The notes under the pieces were generated by a model. That model saw only the letters and a list, made by a program, of their open reading frames with translations, made no database searches and had not been told where the DNA came from. 64,000 nt of DNA, from NCBI GenBank assembly GCA_963662655.2, contig CAXXTU010000002.1:2464001-2528000 (forward strand). The letters run 5' to 3'. Both the position numbers and the translations under genes were made by a program. Of this stretch, positions 27,086 through 36,386 are shown piece by piece (position 1 is the stretch's first letter; each line of letters starts with the position of its first letter). Origin of the DNA: Candidatus Cloacimonadales bacterium (GTDB lineage: Bacteria > Cloacimonadota > Cloacimonadia > Cloacimonadales > JAIOQZ01).

Positions 27086-29863
27086 TTATTCTCCTTCTTG
27101 TACTTTTTTCTTCATCATTTCGATCGAATTCCGGTCGAGTGTCGTATTGACATAGTCTTCAGCCTTGATACCCTGAATCTCCCATATTTTCTGGCGCATC
27201 AGCTGGGAGGTTCTGGATTCCTTTATAAAAACTTCACCAACAGAGTTAGTATAAGAATCCGACGACTCAGGAACAAACAAATCCTTGTCCCATTTTTTAT
27301 CCGTGCGATCAGTTCGACCCGTTCTTTCTCCATGGTTTAATCTCGGGACGTACGATAATGATGAGTGCGACGGCTCGTTCTCCAGACGGTCACAGTAGAA
27401 AGCATACATATCCTGCCCTTGATGAGGATTTCCATCGAGTGGCCACTTCTCTCGCCACGCATACACAATGTTATCTGCTAAAACATTCATTTGTTGTGAT
27501 ACTTCCGCACTTGCCGGGCCTGTAAATACCGCCCTTATCGCCCACTTATTCCTCAGATAATCGATAAGTGCCGGCAAGAAAAAACGATCCTGAGCAAAAA
27601 ACGGAAATCTTTCTGAAATCTGCTGAAGATCCCAGAAGACGATCCTCTGAATATGTTTCCCTGTTCTTACGCCATTAATTAATCGATTATCTAACAGGAA
27701 AATGAACTCCTCGGGAGAGATGCAGCCTGGACGAAGCAGCAGAGAATGAACCTTTCCATAGCAGTTTTTTTGATTGTTACACTTCTCCATCTCACTTTTA
27801 TCCTTGTAACATACCCAACCACACAAGCTTGCCCGTTCCTTGTATAGTTCCGGTTTCATGTCCTGAAGACAGATCAGTAATCCATGTTCGCCTTTGATTG
27901 ATCCGTCTCTTAGAAAATCAAGCGAGGCTTGAAGCTTGAATGTATGGTGCGCTCCTAAAACTGCTGTTGTACTCCCGCGATGCGGCTCTCCGCCTAATAT
28001 TTTTTTCAAGAAAGAATAACTTTCCGGGTTCTTCCTCAATTGATTTGTCAGTAAATGATCAATACCCCTTGGATCGTTATAGTTTCTGCAATAGAAACAG
28101 TGTGGGTTATGAAAACTCCAGAAAAGTCCACAGTTGTTCTTATCATTTTTTTGATCATTATTCGGCTCATCTTCTTGTTCATCTGTAAATAGAGTCAAAT
28201 CAGTATAGTCCTGCAAAATACTCTCTTCGGAGTATTCAATATAGTCATCCAACTTGTCCAGCCTGTGAGTCCGATAATGTAATGAAGGGAACACCTGAAT
28301 GCCAGATTCACGAATCTTGTACTGATGCCATCCAAGAACACTCTGTTGAAAACGCGACTTCTCAATGCAAATACGATTTAAGTAGTAATTCTGCTGTTTT
28401 TTATGTTCTTTACCTTCTATCTGGATAACCATATCGGCCAGATAATCCAAGTTTTCGTGATGGTTCGTCTCATCTTCATAGATAATGATGGATATCCAGG
28501 CTCGTCTCCTTAAATAACGTACGATAAGCTGTGCATCGATATTGCGTCGAATATCAGCCGGGAAAGTATTCAAACCGTCAATTAGAATGGCTCGTTTTCG
28601 GAGAGGCACTTGCTTTGAAGCCTGGTTCTTATTCTCTGGTTCCTGCTCTTTTGTTTGAACTTGAGCTTGAGTTCCATCCTCTGGGCCATCTCCAAGCCAA
28701 TACATCATATCTGAAAGCCATGTGTCATAAGAGCAACTTTCTGACTGGGAATTTTCCGTCTCAAGCGTTTCGATTTCTTTCAGCATGCTTCGAATATCGG
28801 TATCGAATCTCTTTTCTATATACTCTTCGATCTTTCGATCAATGAAATCTTTTATATTTTTTGCTTCTGAATCATCCTGTTTACATAGCATCTCACAAAT
28901 GTAATCAATAATCTTGAAAGCCCAAGGATCAATGGACCTAATATCTGTCATGAGATGATTCTTAACTTTCTCTGCTATTTTGGGGTATTCTCTCTTAGTA
29001 TTATTTTGCATATCATCAAACATGCAATCAAGGAAACTACAAAAAACATCCCTTCTTGAGACAATAATCTCACTAAGCTCGTTCTTTATCTCAAAAATCC
29101 TACTTGGTTTCCTCTTCCTCCTGCTATTCATACTCCTGCTGAAATATCCAACAATCTTTCGCTTTTGACTCGTAAAAGAGCTTTCCACCTTTTCAACTTT
29201 CCAATGATTAATATAGAAATCTACAATATCCGCACGTTTTGATGAGTCATATTCATATATAAACACTCCCAGCCAATAACATACAAACGTGAAGTACCAC
29301 TCTCGTAAATCATCACGACGATGTAGCCTTTTCATCAAATCAATAAACTCTTCTCTCTTTTGCTCGCAAGTGTAAACCCTTAGTTCCTTTGACTCGTTAA
29401 GAATATCGACAGTGTTCTGGATTTGATTTAAGAACGATGTGTCAGGATTGTATTTCTTTTGACATCTGAGAGGTTTATCACTTTCATGCAGGGCATCACT
29501 CTTGTTGCATTCAAGAATCCCCATCAGCATTTGCGTGGCGAACGTAGTCTTTCCCGTTCCAGGCTTACCTTTTATCAGAATAACCAGAGAGTCTGTATCA
29601 TACTTACTTTCTTTTACCACAGCTTCCGAATTATTGCCACCTTGAGGTTCTTGATTATCCCTGTTATCCCTAGTGTATTCCCGCTTCAAGAAGAACGGCA
29701 ACAACAAACCTCCGCGTAGAAGCTCATCGAATCCCATGATATTGGTCGGGATATATGGGCTTCTCTTCAATCGGCTAATCCTACTGATCCCCCGATAGTA
29801 GTTTCTCATTCTCCTGTAAATATCTTCAGCGTCAATAGTAGTATTCCCAACTTTATTTGCCAT
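27086..29863 (-). CDS. Double-domain KaiC-like (RecA superfamily) ATPase with large insertion
   Basis: TNIMGFDELLRGG, Walker A GKPGTGKT (29546-29569), YTCEQ, Walker B AILIDG (28574-28591), DYLADMVI, ICIEKSR...GIQVFP; second domain with degenerate P-loop GAHHTFK (27935-27955); GGGGGAGG RBS. Confidence 0.8.
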   Translation of the reverse strand: MANKVGNTTIDAEDIYRRMRNYYRGISRISRLKRSPYIPTNIMGFDELLRGGLLLPFFLKREYTRDNRDNQEPQGGNNSEAVVKESKYDTDSLVILIKGKPGTGKTTFATQMLMGILECNKSDALHESDKPLRCQKKYNPDTSFLNQIQNTVDILNESKELRVYTCEQKREEFIDLMKRLHRRDDLREWYFTFVCYWLGVFIYEYDSSKRADIVDFYINHWKVEKVESSFTSQKRKIVGYFSRSMNSRRKRKPSRIFEIKNELSEIIVSRRDVFCSFLDCMFDDMQNNTKREYPKIAEKVKNHLMTDIRSIDPWAFKIIDYICEMLCKQDDSEAKNIKDFIDRKIEEYIEKRFDTDIRSMLKEIETLETENSQSESCSYDTWLSDMMYWLGDGPEDGTQAQVQTKEQEPENKNQASKQVPLRKRAILIDGLNTFPADIRRNIDAQLIVRYLRRRAWISIIIYEDETNHHENLDYLADMVIQIEGKEHKKQQNYYLNRICIEKSRFQQSVLGWHQYKIRESGIQVFPSLHYRTHRLDKLDDYIEYSEESILQDYTDLTLFTDEQEDEPNNDQKNDKNNCGLFWSFHNPHCFYCRNYNDPRGIDHLLTNQLRKNPESYSFLKKILGGEPHRGSTTAVLGAHHTFKLQASLDFLRDGSIKGEHGLLICLQDMKPELYKERASLCGWVCYKDKSEMEKCNNQKNCYGKVHSLLLRPGCISPEEFIFLLDNRLINGVRTGKHIQRIVFWDLQQISERFPFFAQDRFFLPALIDYLRNKWAIRAVFTGPASAEVSQQMNVLADNIVYAWREKWPLDGNPHQGQDMYAFYCDRLENEPSHSSLSYVPRLNHGERTGRTDRTDKKWDKDLFVPESSDSYTNSVGEVFIKESRTSQLMRQKIWEIQGIKAEDYVNTTLDRNSIEMMKKKVQEGE

Positions 29864-30917
29864 TTTTGCCTCCCCCGTCAAGTATCTCTGCCAAGTTTTC
29901 TAGCAATTCTTTAATATCTTTGAAAGTATTCTCCGTGATGAGATTAATGCCCACACTGCGGAAGTGCTGGCCTAAAATTTCCTTGCAAGCAGTCTTGTTA
30001 TCCTCTGTAACAGGCTTGCGATCATATACCATTATATAATCTTCAGATAGATGCTTTCGATTGTATTGAACGATATCATTTTCCAAAGCCATAATTTGAT
30101 AAATATCAGGATTGTCACAGTACTCCTTGTTGGTTGAGAGGAGCCGGAGCATGTTGATATCAGTAAGTGAGGCCCCCAAAAAGATGCAGATACTTTGCTG
30201 CAAATGATAAAGCTGCGTTGAGACCTGCCAGGTATGGTGTTCCCGGATAAATCGATGATATTCTTCCAGGCTGAAAACAATATCCTGATCCAGCGATGAG
30301 AGCATCGGCGACACCCAGGGAAGATAGCCGTGAACATGATAGATCGGAAGTTCACCATACGCAAGGGACTCCCTCTCTTCTCGATAGATCGTACGGTACC
30401 TTCTTCCGCTTCTCCTGCTACCCCGTTTTTTACAGTAACCGCGGAGGCACTGTTCGAGAAGATCGTCCCAATTGTACGTGATAACGGCTCCAACTCGATT
30501 ACTCTGGCATAGCTCGGATAAAGGCTTAACGTAGCATTCACCATCATCGAGCATCGAAGGTGTATAGCTTGAATATAGTCCATCATGCACAAGCGCGCTA
30601 TAACGGCTCTTCAGGGCTGTACTGATTATGTTTGCCTTATCATATACCGTTAGTCGATCATCCATCCATGCAACAATCTCATCAAGATTGCCAAACGAAC
30701 AGCCCTTACTGCCCAAGTAGGTTACAAGCGCTTTCTTGAGAAGCTTACCAAGCATCTCGCTCCAGCGCGGTAAACCGCTCGGATTAATCCCGGCGCCAAG
30801 AAAGAGGGTGATCGGTTTTTTTATAGTCCGAATCCGAGTTAAAAAATCTTCTGAATTGATTTCTCTACCTGAAAATCCCTTATCGCAATACTCGTCAAAA
30901 TCCTTTGTTACTCTCAT
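29853..30917 (-). CDS. SIR2-family (SIR2_2-type) protein, putative NADase
   Basis: LFLGAGIN..LPRW (30783-30797), ITYNWDDLLE (30465-30479), YHVHG (30327-30338), IFLGASLTD. Confidence 0.88.
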   Translation of the reverse strand: MRVTKDFDEYCDKGFSGREINSEDFLTRIRTIKKPITLFLGAGINPSGLPRWSEMLGKLLKKALVTYLGSKGCSFGNLDEIVAWMDDRLTVYDKANIISTALKSRYSALVHDGLYSSYTPSMLDDGECYVKPLSELCQSNRVGAVITYNWDDLLEQCLRGYCKKRGSRRSGRRYRTIYREERESLAYGELPIYHVHGYLPWVSPMLSSLDQDIVFSLEEYHRFIREHHTWQVSTQLYHLQQSICIFLGASLTDINMLRLLSTNKEYCDNPDIYQIMALENDIVQYNRKHLSEDYIMVYDRKPVTEDNKTACKEILGQHFRSVGINLITENTFKDIKELLENLAEILDGGGKNGK

Positions 30918-31024
30918 TGTGTTCCTGAAGTGAATAAATTTGCAAAGCAGAGTTAATATTCGAGAATTCGGAAAATTTATGTCAAGATTATAATTTACGG
31001 ATCAATTATTTTCCACTTTTCAAC

Positions 31025-31050
31025 AAAAAAAAAGCGCTCCGTCGGAGCGC
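31025..31050 (-). terminator. Rho-independent terminator ending the upstream operon
   Basis: GCGCTCC-GAC-GGAGCGC then T9 on the minus strand. Confidence 0.85.
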
Positions 31051-31081
31051 CTTCTCAATAATTCCACAATGAATTAATCGA

Positions 31082-32575
31082 TCAACCTTTGAAGTTCTTG
31101 AACCACTTCTCGACTAGCTTGTCCTCGTAGCCGACCGGGTGTTTGTGCTTGAACTCGTTCGAGTGCTGGTCGTAGGTGTAATCTTTTGCCCACTCGTCAA
31201 TGTTCTCGACAATCTCCTTGATTGCGTCGGCGATGAAATAGACTTCCTTGTTGGTCATGGTTGGGTGTATGGAGAAGCGGATCCAGCCCGGCTTGAGGGA
31301 GAGGTCGCCCTGATTGATCAGGTCGGTGACTTTTTTGGATATCGATTTTTTGATATAGAACAAGTAGTGGCCGTATGTTCCGGCGCAAGCGCAACCGCCG
31401 CGCATTTGTATCCCGTATCGATCGTTGAGAATCTTCACCATCAGGTTGTAGTGAATGTTGTCCAGGTAGAAGGATATCACGCCCACACGCTGTTGATACT
31501 GCTGCTCCAGAATATGCACATGCTCAATTTGGGGGAATTCTTCAAAGACAATATCCAGCAATTCTTCTTCGCGCTGGAGGATATTGTCGATGCCCATTTC
31601 CTCTTTGAGCTTGATACACATCGCGGTTCGCATGGTTTGCAGGAACGGCGGAGTACCTCCGTCTTCACGTACCTCGATATCGTCGTAATACCGCTTCTCG
31701 TTCCAGGCATTGGTCCAGGTAACGGTCCCGCCGCCCGGGCGATCGGGCGCTTTCAAGTTGTAAAGCTTCGAATCGAACACCACCACCCCCGGTGAGCTTG
31801 GACCACCCAGGAATTTGTGCGGCGAGAAGAAGATCGCGTCAAGCTTCTCCATCGGATCCTCCGGATGCATGTCGATCTTCACATACGGCGCTGAGCATGC
31901 GAAATCCGCAAAACACAATCCGCCGATTTCGTGCATCATTCTCGCAATCCGGTATATTGGCGGTTGAATGCCGGTAACATTGGAACAGGCTGTTACTGAG
32001 GCGATCTTCCGCTTCCGGTCTTTGTATTGCTCGATGAGCTTTTCCAGGTACTTCAGATCAACCAGCCCGTCGGCTCTCGCTCGTACGACCTCGACATCGG
32101 CGATCGTTTCCAGCCAGGATGTGTGGTTCGAGTGATGCTCCATGTGTGTAATGAACACAACCGGTCGCTCGCTTTCCTCGATCTTGAAGCAATCGCAATG
32201 TTGCTCCGGGATCTTCAAACCCAGAATGCGCTGCAGCTTGACCACGGCCGCAGTCATGCCCGATCCCTCCAGCATAATCACATCGTCCGGCCCGGCGTTG
32301 ACATGCTGCTTGATGATCTTCTGCGCCTGATGGTAGGCCTTTGTCATGGCCGTACCGGTCACGGTGGTTTCCGTATGCGTGTTGCCGATAAAGGGACCGA
32401 TTTCGTTCGTCAACCGATCTTCAATAACGCGGTAGAAACGAGCGCTGGCGGTCCAATCGGAGTAAATAACGGTCTTTCTTCCATATGGTGTCTCAAATTC
32501 CTGATCTCTGCCTATAACCTGATTTCGATAAGGCTCGAAATATTTCTCGAGATCGCTTTCGTACTTTCTGCTCAT
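31082..32575 (-). CDS. Class V PLP-dependent enzyme (cysteine desulfurase / selenocysteine lyase-like)
   Basis: YSDWTAS, EHHSN, SNVTG, FSPHKFLGGP, RGGCACAG. Confidence 0.88.
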   Translation of the reverse strand: MSRKYESDLEKYFEPYRNQVIGRDQEFETPYGRKTVIYSDWTASARFYRVIEDRLTNEIGPFIGNTHTETTVTGTAMTKAYHQAQKIIKQHVNAGPDDVIMLEGSGMTAAVVKLQRILGLKIPEQHCDCFKIEESERPVVFITHMEHHSNHTSWLETIADVEVVRARADGLVDLKYLEKLIEQYKDRKRKIASVTACSNVTGIQPPIYRIARMMHEIGGLCFADFACSAPYVKIDMHPEDPMEKLDAIFFSPHKFLGGPSSPGVVVFDSKLYNLKAPDRPGGGTVTWTNAWNEKRYYDDIEVREDGGTPPFLQTMRTAMCIKLKEEMGIDNILQREEELLDIVFEEFPQIEHVHILEQQYQQRVGVISFYLDNIHYNLMVKILNDRYGIQMRGGCACAGTYGHYLFYIKKSISKKVTDLINQGDLSLKPGWIRFSIHPTMTNKEVYFIADAIKEIVENIDEWAKDYTYDQHSNEFKHKHPVGYEDKLVEKWFKNFKG

Positions 32576-32592
32576 AGTAATCCTCTATTATC

Positions 32593-33960
32593 TTATTGTA
32601 TATAAATCGTTTTAATATTCACAAACTCGCGGATGCCGAAGAGGGCCAATTCCCGTCCATATCCGCTTTCACCGACTCCGCCGAACGGCAGACGGGGATC
32701 CGAGCGGACAAAGCTGTTCACGAAGCAGCACCCCGCGTTCAACTTTCTCCAAGCGATATCCTCAGCATGGGTCACATCCTCCGAGAATACGGCAGCCCCA
32801 AGACCGAACGAGGTATCGTTGGCAATGCGAATCGCGTCCTCCTCGTCCTCTGCGCGGATGATGACCGCCACGGGGCCGAAAAGCTCTTCCGAATAAGCCG
32901 GCATTCCCTCAGCGACGTCCGTAAGAAGCGTGGGGGCGTACCAGGCTCCCACCCGTTTATGTAATACACCGCCCATCAGGCACTTCGCACCGGAGACGAT
33001 GCTTCTCAACACCTGATCGTGCAGTTCGTCGCGCAGGTCCGTACGAGCCATCGGTCCGATCGCCGTGTTCTCGTCCATGGGATCGCCGAAGTGGATATTG
33101 CCCATCAGGTCGACAACCTTTTCGGTGAAATCGTCGGCGACTTCCTTAACCACGATAAATCGCTTGGCAGCGATACAACTCTGCCCGGTATTGATCATGC
33201 GACTTTTGACGCATTGCTCGGCGGCGAGCTCGATATTGGCATCTTTCAGAATGATGTACGGATCGCTTCCGCCCAGTTCCAGTACCGTTTTCTTGATCGC
33301 GCTTCCGGCGATCGCCGCGACGGATTTTCCCGCCTCGGTACTGCCGGTCAAGGTCACTGCGCGCACGAGAGAGTGACGTATGGTCGATTCGACTGCATGG
33401 CTCCCCACCGGGATGGTGCGAAAGAGGTGTTCGGGGAAACCCGCTTCCCGGAATATTTCTTCGATCGCCAGCGCGCAGCCCGTCACATTGGAGGCGTGCT
33501 TGAGAATCGCGGCGTTCCCGGCCATCAACGAAGGTGCGGCAAAACGAAAAACCTGCCAGAAGGGAAAATTCCAGGGCATCACCGCCAGAATTACGCCCAG
33601 CGGCTCGAAGGCGATGAAACTCTTGCTGGCCTCTGTACGAATCTGCTCGGCTGCAAGAAAGGATGCTGCGTTCTCCGCATAGTAGTCGCAAACCCATGCG
33701 CATTTTTCAATTTCCGATTCGCTTTCGCGGATCGGCTTTCCCATCTCTTGCGTCATGATCAGGGCCAGTTGACGGGTCCTGCGGCGCATAATCGACGAGG
33801 CTTTCATCAGGTGATACGCGCGGATTCCCATGGATACTTCACGCCAGGCGAGATGCGCTTCGTTCGCGAGCCGGATCGTTTGATCGATCTTTTCCGCTGT
33901 GAATTCCTCATAGACGGCTAATTCTTGATTGTCTGCCGGGTTTATCGAGCGTAATGCCAT
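32593..33960 (-). CDS. NAD(P)-dependent succinate-semialdehyde dehydrogenase (Sad/GabD-like)
   Basis: MPWNFPFWQ, LTGSTEAG, LELGGSDP, GQSCIAAKR, EELFGP. Confidence 0.9.
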   Translation of the reverse strand: MALRSINPADNQELAVYEEFTAEKIDQTIRLANEAHLAWREVSMGIRAYHLMKASSIMRRRTRQLALIMTQEMGKPIRESESEIEKCAWVCDYYAENAASFLAAEQIRTEASKSFIAFEPLGVILAVMPWNFPFWQVFRFAAPSLMAGNAAILKHASNVTGCALAIEEIFREAGFPEHLFRTIPVGSHAVESTIRHSLVRAVTLTGSTEAGKSVAAIAGSAIKKTVLELGGSDPYIILKDANIELAAEQCVKSRMINTGQSCIAAKRFIVVKEVADDFTEKVVDLMGNIHFGDPMDENTAIGPMARTDLRDELHDQVLRSIVSGAKCLMGGVLHKRVGAWYAPTLLTDVAEGMPAYSEELFGPVAVIIRAEDEEDAIRIANDTSFGLGAAVFSEDVTHAEDIAWRKLNAGCCFVNSFVRSDPRLPFGGVGESGYGRELALFGIREFVNIKTIYIQ

Positions 33961-33974
33961 CTTTCCTCCATTTT

Positions 33975-34799
33975 CTACATCATGCGCATGGTTCCCTTGA
34001 AGAAACCTACGTCGAGCAGCATGATCATCGCTCCCTGCTTCTTGTTCAGATCGCCGGTTATCTCTTCGATTCCGCTTACGATTTCATCGCTGCGACTCTC
34101 TGGAATCAGGGTAAGAATCGTCTTGCTGTGGTTTTTGTTTTCCCGCATGAATCCGATGAAATCCGCGAAAATGGGTATATTGGAGATGTATTCCCCCATC
34201 CCGAACGATTCGATGACGGTCGCACCTTCGATGCCCGTCTCGATGAAAAACTCGAGAATATCGTACAGCAAGTCGTCAAAGTACAGGATGATCACCAGCG
34301 CTTTCATTTTCTCGCTTTCGGACGCCTTGCCGGAGATAACGCGCGTATTGCGCAGGAATGTTTCGACAAGGACCGTCTTGGACGCCGAATGCAAAAGCTC
34401 CTGCTTCGCGTTGGTCTTGCTAAGCGTTCGAGAAATCAGCGCCAGGATTTTCAGGTGATCGTCGACCCGAGACTCCGGTCCGAGAAGCAAGATCAGGACT
34501 CTGACTTTCTTTTTGTCCATCGAATCGAATTCGATGCCCTTGGGCGCAACTGCGATACAGATCAGGAATTCTTCCAATCCTTCGACGCGAGCGTGCGGAA
34601 TGGCAATTTCATTCCCGAAACCTGTCGTGCCCTGCTTCTCACGGGCTTCTATCTTCGCGTGGATTTCCGACCAATCTGCGGATTTCAGCGCCTTGCTTTT
34701 GCAGGCGAGTTGCGCGAGCTTCCTGAGAGCCTCATCTTTCGTCCTTGCGGTGAAATTGGTGCTGCAAGCGCGTTCGTCGAACATGGGATAGAGATTCAT
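33975..34799 (-). CDS. PTS EIIA (Ntr/fructose-type) domain fused to a PII-like domain
   Basis: REKQGTTGFGNEIAIPHAR with phospho-His; C-terminal GATVIESFGMG...KTILTLI pattern. Confidence 0.8.
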   Translation of the reverse strand: MNLYPMFDERACSTNFTARTKDEALRKLAQLACKSKALKSADWSEIHAKIEAREKQGTTGFGNEIAIPHARVEGLEEFLICIAVAPKGIEFDSMDKKKVRVLILLLGPESRVDDHLKILALISRTLSKTNAKQELLHSASKTVLVETFLRNTRVISGKASESEKMKALVIILYFDDLLYDILEFFIETGIEGATVIESFGMGEYISNIPIFADFIGFMRENKNHSKTILTLIPESRSDEIVSGIEEITGDLNKKQGAMIMLLDVGFFKGTMRMM

Positions 34800-36052
34800 C
34801 GTGCCCCCATTTCATTTCCGTGGATGATTGCGTACTTTGAGAGCAAAGGTCCTGTAAGCTCGTTCACGAATACGGAGAACAGGACGATATTGACCATATT
34901 ATCGATGACTTTCACGTATTGTGGTTCCAGGTTTGCCAGAAGCGGCGATGCTTGAACGAGAAGCACGAGTCCAATGGCCACACCCGCTTGCGGAAGCATG
35001 CATAGACCGAGGTATTTACGGATTGAAGCGGATGTTCTGCCCATGGCGCATCCTGCGTAGACGCCGCCGTACTTACCCACAGCTCTTGCGAGGATATAAA
35101 CGCCTCCCAGCATCAGGATTTCGCCCTGGAAGATGATATGCGGCTGGAGCTCCGTACCCGCGATAACAAAGAAAAGCGCGTAGATCGGTGGGGTGAGCGG
35201 CTCCAGAATCCGGAAGATTCGATGGTTACGGGCGGACATGTTGATGATTAGCGCTCCCGCCGCCATATTGGTGATCAGCGGAGAGAGATGAAACACGATC
35301 GCCGCTGCGGTCGAAAGAAAGAATATACCCAGGGTGATGATCATAATTTCATGGGTGTTGTTCTTGCGGAAAGTCAGACGATGAATCAGATACCCGCTAA
35401 CTGCTCCTATGGCAACGGACAGCAGCACTTCCAATACAGCGAACGACATCACGCTCAAGCCGCTGGCCGATTCTGACGGCGCGCCAAGCATCCCTGAAAC
35501 AACCGCGAAGATGATACCGAAGAGAATCACACAACCGGCATCGTCGAGTGCGACAACACCATACAGGTAGTCGATGAAAATACCATGCGCCCGAAGCGAT
35601 TGAACGATCGCGACCGTCGCCGCCGGGGCTGTCGCGGAGGCAATCGCACCCAGAAGCATCGCGAAAGGGGTATCCAGTCCGGCCAGTATCAATCCCGCAC
35701 TCACCAGGCCGAATGTCGCAAGAATCTGCACCACGGTGATGATCACCACGGCCTTTCCCATGCGCTTGAGCTTTACCCAGTAAAACTCACCTCCAATGGT
35801 GAGGGCGATAAGCCCCAGAGCGATTTCGGTGACGATTTTCAGCGACTGGTTCATGTGATGAGGAATTACGCCCAGAACCGAATCTCCCAGAATCAGACCA
35901 CCGATAATGAAGCCGGTGATCTCGGGCAGTTTCAGCTTGGCGGCTGCTTTGCCGAAGAAATATCCCAGGAGCAACAGAATTCCGACAGAGAACAACGCAT
36001 GATGCGTCAGAATGTCCTTGATCTGATGATAGCCTGAAAGGAAATATTCCAT
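34796..36052 (-). CDS. Cation:proton antiporter
   Basis: KLPEITGFIIGG, ASATAPAAT, VALDD, LPQAGVAIG. Confidence 0.9.
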   Translation of the reverse strand: MEYFLSGYHQIKDILTHHALFSVGILLLLGYFFGKAAAKLKLPEITGFIIGGLILGDSVLGVIPHHMNQSLKIVTEIALGLIALTIGGEFYWVKLKRMGKAVVIITVVQILATFGLVSAGLILAGLDTPFAMLLGAIASATAPAATVAIVQSLRAHGIFIDYLYGVVALDDAGCVILFGIIFAVVSGMLGAPSESASGLSVMSFAVLEVLLSVAIGAVSGYLIHRLTFRKNNTHEIMIITLGIFFLSTAAAIVFHLSPLITNMAAGALIINMSARNHRIFRILEPLTPPIYALFFVIAGTELQPHIIFQGEILMLGGVYILARAVGKYGGVYAGCAMGRTSASIRKYLGLCMLPQAGVAIGLVLLVQASPLLANLEPQYVKVIDNMVNIVLFSVFVNELTGPLLSKYAIIHGNEMGAR

Positions 36053-36386
36053 TTGCAGCACCTTTCCCGCGAGATTTTTTATGCCTGAAATCCAATGTTG
36101 AATAATGAAGGTTATATTTGATACTGTCAATAGAATTTTTATACAAACGGGCAAACGGACGGCACTTTTTTGAGAGAATGAAACACGCTCGATACAGAAG
36201 TCCCGTCGCGAGCATGCTTGTAACGGAATTTGCGAAAGCAAGGGCAAATTCCCTTCCAAGCAGCACCGCGACAGCCCGCCCACCCGTTATACGAGCTTGT
36301 TTCATTGTGGGGAGTCGCGCAGATCGAAAAATGTTGCCAGAAAACCGGCAACCGGGAAGATTGCCGAAAAGAAGTTTGGAGGCAGA

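Noticed and set aside
27086..29863. Circadian clock KaiC
   Set aside because: No Ser/Thr phosphosite pair, degenerate second P-loop, and no kaiA/kaiB nearby.
36160..36173. Second sigma-54-like site upstream of mtaD (CGGCAC-TTTT-TTGA)
   Set aside because: Spacing is one base short of the strict -24/-12 requirement.
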